NCBI GenBank assembly: GCA_013203545.1
Contig: JABMQA010000345.1
Location: 1-37,013 of the forward strand
DNA from: Bacteroidota bacterium
GTDB lineage: Bacteria; Bacteroidota; Bacteroidia; Bacteroidales; 4484-276
Direction of reading: 5' to 3'
DNA: 37,013 bases
Both the position numbers and the translations under genes were made by a program. Each line of letters starts with the position of its first letter. Position 1 is the stretch's first letter. Under the pieces are notes generated by a model. It was not told where the DNA came from and searched no databases. It saw only the letters and a list, made by a program, of their open reading frames with translations. Below are positions 16,301-23,533 of this stretch, piece by piece.

Positions 16301-17657
16301 GACCGAAGAATGCTGAGTTCATCATCTTACTGGCTGAATTAAAGGCTATTTCATTACGTTTTGGCTGGTCAAGCTTGGTGCCTATAAGGTTCTTTCGATG
16401 AAGGTAAAAAATCATACTTTCAACAATAATTACCGCACCATCCACCAATATTCCAAAATCCAACGCTCCTAAACTCATCAGGTTTGCCCAAACCCCAAAC
16501 AACTTCATCATGATAAATGCAAAGAGCAATGCAAGTGGAATTGTTGATGCCACAATTAAACCGCCTCTTAGATTTCCCAGAAATATTACAAGGATAAAAA
16601 TTACTATTAAAGCACCCAACGAAAGGTTTTCGGCAACTGTGGAAGTTGTACTTTTAATGAGTTTACTGCGGTCGAGAAAAGGTTTTATTACAACGCCTTC
16701 GGGCAATGATTTTTGGATTAATGTCATCCGTTCCTTTACTGCCCTAATTACATCGTTGGAGTTTTCCCCTTTCAGCATCATTACAATACCACCAACAGCC
16801 TCACCTTTCCCGTTTTTTGTAAAAGCACCATAACGGACAAAACTACCGTATTTAACTTCTGCCACATCCCTTATAAAAACAGGTTGTCCATCGATGTTTG
16901 CAACTAAAGTATTTTTAATATCATCAATCGACCTCATTAATCCTTCGCCCCTGATAAAATTGGCTTGAAAGTTTTTTTCGATATATGCACCACCGGTATT
17001 CTGATTATTGTCCTTAAGGGTTTCAAATACATCGGATATTGTCAATCCCATGCTCCGAAGTTTATCCGGGTTAATTGCAACTTCGTATTGCTTTCCCCTA
17101 CCACCAAAAGAGTTTACTTCAACAACACCAGGAAGCATTGCCATTTGCCTTTTTACAATCCATTCCTGCATGGTTCGTAATGCCATGTCATCATAAATTG
17201 TATCGTAGCCGGGTTGCACTTCAAGCGTGTATTGATATATTTCGCCTAGTCCTGTACTGATTGGGGCCATGAACGGTTCTCCAAATCCTTCTGGGATTTT
17301 TTCTTTTACCTCTGCTAAGGCTTCACTTACTAATTGCCGGGGTAAATAAGTTCCCGCACTTTCTTTAAAAACAATGGTTACAACAGAAAGCCCGAACCTT
17401 GAGACACTTCGTATTTCAGTAACGTCAGGAAGGTTTGCAACTGCCAATTCAACCTGATACGTTACAAACTGTTCAATGTCTTCTGTACCTAAGTTGGGTG
17501 CTGTTGTAATTACCAAAACCTGATTATTTGTGATATCTGGCATGGCATCAAGCGGCACTTTGGTCATGGAATATATTCCGCCAATAATCAAGCCTATTGT
17601 CATAAGCCCAATTAGTGCCTTGTTCTTTATTGAAAAAGATATTATTTTGTTTATCAT
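13317..17657 (-). CDS. czcA: Heavy-metal RND pump (CzcA-like, divalent-cation type) fused in frame to a TolC/CzcC-like outer membrane factor
   Basis: 1446 aa. Residues 1-~1034 are a full 12-TM RND pump, with TM4 LGALDFGILVDGAVIIVES (the DFG..DGA..VE signature of Zn/Co/Cd HME pumps) and RIRPILLTAS. Residues ~1067-1446 are a TolC-like OMF (two repeats, coiled-coil-rich). The joint is a signal-peptide-like segment, KGKRIKIPKPSIAVLSVLFIIVGLGFSGNAQA/QD. Confidence 0.92.
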   Translation of the reverse strand: MINKIISFSIKNKALIGLMTIGLIIGGIYSMTKVPLDAMPDITNNQVLVITTAPNLGTEDIEQFVTYQVELAVANLPDVTEIRSVSRFGLSVVTIVFKESAGTYLPRQLVSEALAEVKEKIPEGFGEPFMAPISTGLGEIYQYTLEVQPGYDTIYDDMALRTMQEWIVKRQMAMLPGVVEVNSFGGRGKQYEVAINPDKLRSMGLTISDVFETLKDNNQNTGGAYIEKNFQANFIRGEGLMRSIDDIKNTLVANIDGQPVFIRDVAEVKYGSFVRYGAFTKNGKGEAVGGIVMMLKGENSNDVIRAVKERMTLIQKSLPEGVVIKPFLDRSKLIKSTTSTVAENLSLGALIVIFILVIFLGNLRGGLIVASTIPLALLFAFIMMKLFGVWANLMSLGALDFGILVDGAVIIVESMIFYLHRKNLIGTKLDQPKRNEIAFNSASKMMNSAFFGQLIILIVFIPVLALQGVEGKMFIPMAMTFGFAVLGVVVLCLTYIPMMAALFLQPPKTDKKSWGDKIIGKLEKIYSPVIEWALKRSLIVIIIALALLISGGFLFTRMGAEFIPKLDEGDFAFQAFLKPGTSLTEVTKASTRLEQIVIENFPDEIESIQSRIGVADLPMDPMPIDIADIFVILTPQDQWTKAESKKELIDKVREKVSVLPGINFEFTQPVEMRFNELLTGIRQDVAVKLYGDDLEMLADKAEEIAGLISEIDGIAAVKAEATRGLPQITVNYDRNKLGRYNLNIKELNTIVESAFSGGVAGSIYEGERMFDLVVRLDEEHRTSIDDIRNLFVNLPDGNQIPLKEVAEISYQPGPMQISRDNTNRRTYVGINVEGRDIKSLVEEIQTTLDEKLELPTGYYIRYGGAFENLQRASKRLSLVVPLALALIFMLVFFAVKSFKQTLMIYVAVPFAAVGGVFSLYLRDMPFSISAGVGFIVLFGVAVLNGLVLISGFNELKAEGKLRINEIIKKGSIRRIRPILLTASTDILGFLPMAVSASAGAEVQRPLATVVIGGMLTSTLLTLIVLPILYKFVESKGKRIKIPKPSIAVLSVLFIIVGLGFSGNAQAQDSSLTLQLAVERAKEKYPSIKAARLEVDKQEALKATAYEFGSTSIYTGKEEVGNNFPGVQNKIGIEQTNIDVFGISAKSKLANARTQQAVSGQNLTEFTLIRDVSFAWYNAVYAKQQFQLFKQLDTLYANFQKAAELRYKTQATSKVEYLSASVKHKELQVNIKKAESNYLATLQILNQYLLLPTIFDVNIQNLEQQVFDIVPGSDSLSGSPLLNYYSTGINVAESIWRTEKSNFLPKLNLGYKLQSVDGNSGFYGWEAGISFPLAFFSQSGKTKASKIDVQIANRRYEQKQLEIKAGYNQQISRYLILQQVIDYYQKEALPLADEQIQASNLAYRLGSIDYVQFIQNMEMAINTKQDFLKQQAEYYELSAQLKYLTGK

Positions 17658-17663
17658 TTGATA

Positions 17664-17727
17664 TTATTTTTTCGAGCTATCAACTTGATTTTATTTTTTC
17701 GAGCTATCAATTTGATTTTATTTTTTT
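17664..17727. repeat. 27-nt tandem direct repeat (2 full copies plus a 10-nt partial) between the YHS-like gene stop and the czcA start
   Basis: 17664..17690 reads ttattttttcgagctatcaacttgatt and 17691..17717 reads ttattttttcgagctatcaatttgatt (1 mismatch). A partial third copy, ttattttttt, occupies 17718..17727. Confidence 0.85.
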
Positions 17728-18191
17728 GGTTTAGTCGCATAATATTTTTTGAAGTTTAGATTATTCTTGAAATAAATAACTCCCGGTTTGCCTCGCTCTT
17801 TCAATCCTATCAAAGCATCTGACTTGCAAATTGTATCACCGGAAAAAGCATCTGCTGCATAAGCAACTTCCCGAAAGTGTTTATTTAAGTGCTCTTGGCA
17901 TTTTGAGCTACACATATAGAAGGCTTTGTTCTCTTTGACGACTTTTGAGCTTTCGTGATATTGCAAACTATTATCATTCATACAAACCAGCTCACCAGGT
18001 ATTTCCTTGCCGTACAAAAAATATTTTCTATAGGCATATTTAGTATCACACCAATAGGTGAAGAAAACCAGAGTTATAATCGTACCTATGAGAAGCACGC
18101 TAAACCCGACAATCAATTGCTTTCGGAATTTTTTGTCCTCAAGAAATTGCTTTTCTTGTAATTGCTTTTTAGTTAATCTTTTAGATGACAT
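17718..18191 (-). CDS. Membrane-anchored YHS/TRASH-like domain protein
   Basis: 157 aa with one TM (LIVGFSVLLIGTIITLVFFTYW), followed by LVCMNDNSL...KAFYMCSSKCQEHLNKHF. That matches the YHS pattern (C-x-M ... Y-x-C-S-x2-C-x3-F). Confidence 0.65.
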   Translation of the reverse strand: MSSKRLTKKQLQEKQFLEDKKFRKQLIVGFSVLLIGTIITLVFFTYWCDTKYAYRKYFLYGKEIPGELVCMNDNSLQYHESSKVVKENKAFYMCSSKCQEHLNKHFREVAYAADAFSGDTICKSDALIGLKERGKPGVIYFKNNLNFKKYYATKPKK

Positions 18192-18237
18192 TATTCAGTA
18201 TTGTTACTTTAGAATTAATTATCCTTAAAATAAATAG

Positions 18238-18258
18238 GATGTATTAATTAATATTATC
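18238..18258. promoter_or_regulatory. Candidate Fur-family operator (AT-rich palindrome) upstream of the YHS-like/czc operon
   Basis: The site reads gatgTATTAATTAATAttatc and contains a perfect 12-bp palindrome at 18242..18253. The reverse complement starts GATAAT, a Fur-box hexamer. It lies ~50 nt upstream of the ATG at 18191 and ~450 nt downstream of the Fur-family gene. Confidence 0.3.
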
Positions 18259-18315
18259 ACAAAGACGCGAGAATCTATCTTGCATCTATTGTAAAAAAAA
18301 GAAAGTATAACTGAA

Positions 18316-18621
18316 TTAAATTTTGGGGGGTCGCCAAAATGAAATAGCACATTCTATTTCATCCTGAACCAAAGAAGACATTGATAAATTAAAACTTACT
18401 AAATTAATCTGAAAAATGAAGTGCTTTGTAATTTGTGATAGAGTTTGACAACAATCACAAAAACAAAATGGGGAGCATAAATCAACATCGTGTGAGTGAC
18501 TATGACTTTGTTCAAATACTTCTAAAGTAACAGAATTTGTATCAGCAGCAAAAACATCAGCACAAGGCATGGCTGTTAGAACCATGACATAAACTGATAA
18601 TATGACTGCAATGAATTTCAT
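18316..18621 (-). CDS. Small Cys-rich membrane-anchored protein, DUF6660-like
   Basis: 101 aa. The N-terminal TM ends in MPCAD, followed by HSHSHDVDLCSPFCFCDCC and a C-terminal FWRPPKI. This pattern matches my memory of the Bacteroidota DUF6660 family. Confidence 0.7.
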   Translation of the reverse strand: MKFIAVILSVYVMVLTAMPCADVFAADTNSVTLEVFEQSHSHSHDVDLCSPFCFCDCCQTLSQITKHFIFQINLVSFNLSMSSLVQDEIECAISFWRPPKI

Positions 18622-18633
18622 TCTTATGAGAAC

Positions 18634-18649
18634 TAATTATTAATTATTA
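18634..18649. promoter_or_regulatory. Second candidate Fur-family operator, next to a TATTTTTG -7 box (18656..18663, minus strand)
   Basis: taattattaattatta is a 14/16 palindrome and shares the 9-mer TATTAATTA with the 18242..18253 site. It lies between a TAnnTTTG-type box and the DUF6660-like ATG at 18621. Confidence 0.25.
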
Positions 18650-18693
18650 CAACGGCAAAAATACAACAAAGTTCATGCAACCGGATTGCAAAC

Positions 18694-19107
18694 TTAGAGC
18701 TTGCAATTTGAACACACGCCTTTCACTACCATATTCACACTTTCGAGGGAGAAGCTATTGGGAAGATTAATTGTTGGCACTGGAATATCGTTTAAACAAT
18801 ACGTTTGGTTGCACTTTGTGCAGAGAAAATGAACATGTAAATCTTCGGGGTGACAATTGCATTTTTCCTGGCATAAGGCATATTTAACGGCCCCGGTTCC
18901 ATCGTCAATACGATGGATTAGCTGATTTTCTTCAAAGGTTCTTAATGTCCTGTAAAGCGTAACCTTATCAGCTCTGTCAAATTTTAATTCCAAATCATGC
19001 AGGTTGATAGCTGTATTTTGTTCAGTCAGAACCTGTAAAACCAACTGTCTCATGGCAGTTGGCTTAATATTTTTGGACTGTAGCTTATTGTCAATATCCT
19101 TTTTCAT
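18694..19107 (-). CDS. Fur-family metalloregulator (Zur-like by context)
   Basis: 137 aa with a winged-helix N-terminus (KPTAMRQLVLQVL...VTLYRTLRTFEENQLIHRI). The C-terminal metal sites are HVHF, CTKC and CSNC. Confidence 0.85.
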   Translation of the reverse strand: MKKDIDNKLQSKNIKPTAMRQLVLQVLTEQNTAINLHDLELKFDRADKVTLYRTLRTFEENQLIHRIDDGTGAVKYALCQEKCNCHPEDLHVHFLCTKCNQTYCLNDIPVPTINLPNSFSLESVNMVVKGVCSNCKL

Positions 19108-19120
19108 GATTATTACAAAG

Positions 19121-19381
19121 TTAACAACATTTTATGGCTTGTTGAACCGGTGGGCATTTTACTGTCCCATAAGAACAATAGACGCAACAATCACCCTGCT
19201 TAGGTTTTAAGATAACAAGGCAATTTTCACATTCATAGAAAAACTGGCATGAATCCTCAGGCATGTTTTCTTCTTTCCGAATTCCGCAATTTGGACAGGT
19301 TAGAACTGATTTTAATTTAAAAAGAAAGGCCTGCCCTAATTGGCAGGCCGATCCCGTAAATAAATTAATGCTGATGCCCAT
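19121..19381 (-). CDS. GDCCVxC-domain small metal-binding protein (start uncertain)
   Basis: The C-terminal 60 aa read LTCPNCGIRKEENMPEDSCQFFYECENCLVILKPKQGDCCVYCSYGTVKCPPVQ. The track ORF (to 19483) overlaps the upstream HMA gene by 119 nt. The last in-frame ATG, at 19381, still overlaps by 17 nt and places a terminator-like hairpin inside the CDS. Confidence 0.65.
   Translation of the reverse strand: MGISINLFTGSACQLGQAFLFKLKSVLTCPNCGIRKEENMPEDSCQFFYECENCLVILKPKQGDCCVYCSYGTVKCPPVQQAIKCC
19312..19349 (-). terminator. Intrinsic-terminator-like hairpin after the HMA gene
   Basis: Perfect 8-bp GC-rich stem ggcctgcc/ggcaggcc (19328..19335 and 19342..19349) with a 6-nt loop. On the minus strand it is followed by TTTCTTTTT. 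It sits 16 nt downstream of the stop at 19365..19367. Confidence 0.4.
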
Positions 19382-19754
19382 CGTGGCCTTGTTCTTCTTT
19401 CTTATCATCACTTCTGTCGTACTGGCAGCAACCTGGCAGCGCATCATAAACTTTGTCTTCGGCTTGCGCTTTTTCGGTGTCATGGCCTACTTTGGCTATG
19501 GCCTTGTGAACGTCTAATAATTCCACGTCATCGGGATTGTATTTTACCGTGATCATTGTCGTTTCCTGGTCCCAGTCGGCAGATTCAACCCCATCAACCG
19601 ATTTTGCAGCTTTTTCGATGCGCTTTTCGCACATGCCGCAGTTGCCATACACTTTGAATTCTTCTGTTTTTGTAGTTTCCTTTTGTGCCTGAAGGTTACC
19701 AAAACCTGCCAGCACAATTGTGATTGCTAAAATTGACTTCATTAACTTTTTCAT
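19365..19754 (-). CDS. Periplasmic heavy-metal-associated (HMA) domain protein with His-rich tail
   Basis: 129 aa with signal peptide AGFGNLQAQ and an HMA motif, VYGNCGMCEKRIEKAAKSVDGV. It also carries LPGCCQYD and a C-terminal EEQGHDGHQH. Confidence 0.85.
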   Translation of the reverse strand: MKKLMKSILAITIVLAGFGNLQAQKETTKTEEFKVYGNCGMCEKRIEKAAKSVDGVESADWDQETTMITVKYNPDDVELLDVHKAIAKVGHDTEKAQAEDKVYDALPGCCQYDRSDDKKEEQGHDGHQH

Positions 19755-19812
19755 AGTTTCTCCGTTTTAAATTGTTTAAATTGTATTTGTTATTTTAAGA
19801 ATTAGTATTCGA

Positions 19813-20328
19813 TTACTCTTTTATTCCTTCAAACTGATAATAAACATCCGGTTCATTCACAGGGATGATACTGTAAGAAAACGTATGATGATCCAATTCA
19901 AATCCACCGAAATGTTCCTCACCGGTTTGATGTTGTTCCACCATGTGATGCATCCAACTCCAATCGTCGCCTTCACCCATCATATGATGTCCTTCGTCAA
20001 GTTGATGGCCATATTCTTCATAAAAGCGCTCTTCGGTAAAGCAAACCATGATACTATCTTCATTTTCGTAAAGATTCAGCATGAAGGTAGTATCAAGTAT
20101 ATCACTCATCATGTTTAAATACACCGTGTTTTCATCTGCCCTGGTAATTTCTATTATAGCATCCTGGCTTTTGTCAGGATCATTAGATGGTGTGATGCTT
20201 CCTTTGTATGTCCCGGTTACATCTGTTGTTAAGTTGGTTGGGTTTTCGGTTTTTTCCTTCTCGCATGCTACAAATAGAAATGGAATAAGGAATACTACTG
20301 TTAATAAAATTAATGCTTGTTTTTTCAT
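19813..20328 (-). CDS. Lipoprotein of unknown family, His/Met/Glu-rich C-terminal half (paralog of 5839..6432)
   Basis: 171 aa with lipobox FVAC. Shared blocks are GTYKG, DSIMVCFT, FYEEYGH, HFGGF and FEGIK. A metal-ligand-rich stretch reads GHQLDEGHHMMGEGDDWSWMHHMVEQHQTGEEH. Confidence 0.7.
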   Translation of the reverse strand: MKKQALILLTVVFLIPFLFVACEKEKTENPTNLTTDVTGTYKGSITPSNDPDKSQDAIIEITRADENTVYLNMMSDILDTTFMLNLYENEDSIMVCFTEERFYEEYGHQLDEGHHMMGEGDDWSWMHHMVEQHQTGEEHFGGFELDHHTFSYSIIPVNEPDVYYQFEGIKE

Positions 20329-20373
20329 TGTTACAAATTTTTAAAATGATTATTACTTATTGTTTTTTAATAT

Positions 20374-22806
20374 TTATTGAGTTCTTAATCGTAATGCATT
20401 CGAAATTACGGATACTGAGCTAAAGCTCATGGCAGCAGCTGCAATAATAGGACTGAGAAGGATTCCGAAAAACGGGAACAGAATCCCTGCCGCCAAAGGC
20501 ACTCCCAGGGCGTTGTAAACAAAGGCGAAGAATAGGTTTTGCTTAATGTTCCTCATCACTTTTCGGCTTAAATCCCTGGCCCGGACAATCCCATTCAGAT
20601 CGCCTTTCACCAGGGTGATTTCAGCGCTTTGCATGGCAATATCGGTACCAGTACCCATGGCAATCCCCACATTGGCTTGTTCGAGTGCCGGGGCATCATT
20701 TATTCCATCGCCTGCCATGGCAACTACGTGGCCTTGTTCCTGTAGTTCTTTCACCTTTTTATATTTGTCGTCTGGGAGGCAATCGGCCATAAAGCCATCC
20801 AGCCCCAGCTCATTGGCAACCACTTTGGCCGTTAATTGATTGTCGCCAGTTAGCATATGTACTTTCACACCCATTTTTTGCAGAGTTTTAATGGCATCGG
20901 ACGAGGTCTTCTTTATTTTGTCGGAAACACTTACAATACCCTCTATTTTATTTTTGATGATTAAAAACATGACCGTCTGACCTTTCAATTGCCATTCTTG
21001 AGTAAGGTTCTTCTGATCATCGGACAGGGAAGCCTGAAAATCGTTAATTAACCGGTGGTTTCCCAAACCGATTTTTCCACCTTCATAAACTGCCTGTACC
21101 CCTTTGCCGGTTACCGATTCAAATTTATCAAGCTTAAGAAGCTTCTGTTTATTGGCTTTTGCACCGGCCACGATGGCATCAGCCAGCGGATGTTCACTGT
21201 TTGCATCGACAGAAGCCGCCAGTTGCAGAATTTCCAGGTCACTTAGTCTCCCAAATGATTTGAATCCATTCAGGCTTGGTTTTCCTTCGGTGATGGTGCC
21301 GGTTTTATCAATAATGAGGATATCCACTTTATTCATTTCCTCGATGGCACGGGCATCTTTCACCAGTACGCCTGATTGGGCGCCCCGTGCTGTACCCACC
21401 ATAATCGACATGGGAGTCGCCAGTCCCAGGGCACAGGGGCAGGCAATAATTAATACGGCAACAGCATTAACAAAAGCATAAACATAAGCCGGTTCCGGTC
21501 CCCAGATCGCCCAAACGGCAAACGTAATAACCGCAACAGAAATAACAATCTGGACAAAATACTTTGCTACGGTATCGGCCAATTTTTGGATGGGGGCACG
21601 CGAACGGCTTGCCTTGTTTACCATTTCAATGATTTGCGCCAAAAGCGTATCACTGCCCACTTTTTCAGCCTTCATCTCAAACACTGTTTTGCCGTTAATT
21701 GTTCCCCCGGTCACCTTATCATTTTTTGCCTTCTCCACTGGAATAGGTTCACCGGAGATCATGCTTTCGTCAATTACTGCTTCCCCTTTAAAAATGATCC
21801 CGTCAACAGGAATTTTTTCCCCGGGCTTTACTTTTAGCAAGTCACCAACTTTTACTTCTTCCAATGGGATTTCAACTTCCTCGCCATTTCGGATGAGCCT
21901 GGCAATTGGGGGAACCAGCCCCAGCAAGGCTTTAATTGCTGAATTGGTTTTGCTGTGTGCGCGGAGTTCCAAAACCTGGCCGAGCAGCACCAGGGTTAAT
22001 ATCACAGCAGCCGCTTCAAAATAAATATGGACATTGCCACTTCCATCCTGAAACTGGGGTGGAAATATACCCGGCAATAAAAGGGCGACCACACTAAAAA
22101 TATAGGCAGCACCGACGCCAATGGATATTAATGTCCACATGTTTGGCGTCCAACGCACGATTGAGCTCCATCCCCTTCTGAAAAAATCCCAGCTTGAATA
22201 AAACAAAACCGGTGTAGCCAAAACAAACTCAATCCAATTCCATACTTTTTCCGGGGCAATTGATTCAGGATTTAAAAAGGGAATAAATTCTGACATCGCA
22301 ATAATCAAGACCGGCACTGCCAAAATAAGTGCAATCCAGAACTTTTTTGACATCTGTTTATAGGCTTTTTCTTCATCGCTCGTTTCTTCTCCTTTTTCAG
22401 GTACAAGGGTCATCCCGCATTTTGGACAGTCGCCCGGATGGTCTTGCCTGATTTCGGGGTGCATAGGGCAGGTATAAATAACTTTTGCCGAAGGTTTTAC
22501 ACTCTCTTCTTTCTTCAGGTCCATACCGCAAACAGGGCAGTCGCCTGGCTTATCGTAGGTTTTATCGCCCTCACAGTGCATGGGGCAGTAATATTCGCCT
22601 TTCACAGGATGACCTTCATGTTTTCGATGTGATGGTTCGTGCGTGCCAGTTTTATTACCACCGTGGTGATGATGATGCTTCTTCTTCTGTTGGGCCACTG
22701 TTATCAGGTGCATTTTGCATACCGGGCAGTCACCGGGTTTATCATAAGTTTTGTTGCCCTCACATTCCATGGGACAGTAATATTGTTCCTGTTTTTTATT
22801 GTCCAT
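20374..22806 (-). CDS. copA: Cu(I)-translocating P1B-1 ATPase (CopA-type) with three N-terminal HMBD-type Cys4 repeats
   Basis: 810 aa. Core motifs are SGEP, ACPCALGLATP, DKTGTIT, GDGINDAP, YNALGVPLAAG and MSFSSVSVISNALRL (Cu-type TM7/TM8 signatures). The N-terminus has 3x C-P-M-(H/E)...PGDCP-x-C-(G/K)-M plus an HHHHH tract. Confidence 0.95.
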   Translation of the reverse strand: MDNKKQEQYYCPMECEGNKTYDKPGDCPVCKMHLITVAQQKKKHHHHHGGNKTGTHEPSHRKHEGHPVKGEYYCPMHCEGDKTYDKPGDCPVCGMDLKKEESVKPSAKVIYTCPMHPEIRQDHPGDCPKCGMTLVPEKGEETSDEEKAYKQMSKKFWIALILAVPVLIIAMSEFIPFLNPESIAPEKVWNWIEFVLATPVLFYSSWDFFRRGWSSIVRWTPNMWTLISIGVGAAYIFSVVALLLPGIFPPQFQDGSGNVHIYFEAAAVILTLVLLGQVLELRAHSKTNSAIKALLGLVPPIARLIRNGEEVEIPLEEVKVGDLLKVKPGEKIPVDGIIFKGEAVIDESMISGEPIPVEKAKNDKVTGGTINGKTVFEMKAEKVGSDTLLAQIIEMVNKASRSRAPIQKLADTVAKYFVQIVISVAVITFAVWAIWGPEPAYVYAFVNAVAVLIIACPCALGLATPMSIMVGTARGAQSGVLVKDARAIEEMNKVDILIIDKTGTITEGKPSLNGFKSFGRLSDLEILQLAASVDANSEHPLADAIVAGAKANKQKLLKLDKFESVTGKGVQAVYEGGKIGLGNHRLINDFQASLSDDQKNLTQEWQLKGQTVMFLIIKNKIEGIVSVSDKIKKTSSDAIKTLQKMGVKVHMLTGDNQLTAKVVANELGLDGFMADCLPDDKYKKVKELQEQGHVVAMAGDGINDAPALEQANVGIAMGTGTDIAMQSAEITLVKGDLNGIVRARDLSRKVMRNIKQNLFFAFVYNALGVPLAAGILFPFFGILLSPIIAAAAMSFSSVSVISNALRLRTQ

Positions 22807-22862
22807 TATTAATATATTAGATGTGTTTCGGAAAATAAAGCGAATGTTTTAAGAGGCTTTTA

Positions 22863-23081
22863 TTAAATACTTCCCTTTTTTTCCTCATATTCTTCTTTAT
22901 CTATTTCACCCCTTGCATATCGTTCCTTTAAAATATCAAGTGCCGATTTGCTTGTTGTTTGGTTAGCGCTGTCTTTCTGATTTACAAATCTTACTATTAT
23001 CCATATTATTGTCGCGAGAACGATAAGGCCTAAAATCCAGCCCCATCCCATTCCCCAACCCATTCCATTAAAATCGTGCAT
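22863..23081 (-). CDS. SHOCT-domain small membrane protein
   Basis: 72 aa with a Gly/Trp-rich N-terminus and one TM (ILGLIVLATIIWIIV). The C-terminal ALDILKERYARGEIDKEEYEEKK matches the SHOCT pattern. Confidence 0.75.
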   Translation of the reverse strand: MHDFNGMGWGMGWGWILGLIVLATIIWIIVRFVNQKDSANQTTSKSALDILKERYARGEIDKEEYEEKKGSI

Positions 23082-23135
23082 GATTAATCTCCTTCTTTAT
23101 TGTTTATTAATTAGTTTTAAATCATATGCCCCATA

Positions 23136-23522
23136 TTATAAGGTGGCAATAACCCTCTCGAGTTTTTCTTTTATTTCTGTGGCAATTCCTGCAAGGCCAG
23201 GGTTTTCAATTGCCATCATAGAGGCAGCCGGGTCTATAGCCGCAACTTCAATTTCATTGTTTTCCAATTCCTGAACGATTACGCTGCAAGGGAGCATAGT
23301 TCCAATCTTGTCTTCCTGCTGTAATGCTTTGTATGCATAAGCAGGATTACAGGCTCCCAGAATTTTGTATTTTCGGAAATCAACATTCAGTTTTTCTTTC
23401 AGTTTTTCCTGAATGTCTATTTCAGTAAGTACTCCAAACCCTTCTACTTTCAACGATTCGGTTACAAGCTGAACAGCTTGCTCAAAATCCATACTGATTT
23501 TTTTATTGAGGTAATATTTCAT
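23136..23522 (-). CDS. DUF302 domain protein
   Basis: 128 aa, a close paralog of 7053..7442 (GFGVLTEIDIQEKLKEKLNVDFRKYKILGACNPAYAYKAL...KIGTMLPCSVIVQ). Confidence 0.85.
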   Translation of the reverse strand: MKYYLNKKISMDFEQAVQLVTESLKVEGFGVLTEIDIQEKLKEKLNVDFRKYKILGACNPAYAYKALQQEDKIGTMLPCSVIVQELENNEIEVAAIDPAASMMAIENPGLAGIATEIKEKLERVIATL

Positions 23523-23533
23523 GATTGTTAATT

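Noticed and set aside
19382-19483. The full-length 120-aa version of the GDCCVxC ORF, starting at 19483.
   Set aside because: It would overlap the HMA gene by 119 nt in another frame. The extra N-terminal sequence (MTPKKRKPKTKFMMRCQ...) does not resemble the family, so the shorter start was preferred. That start is still uncertain.
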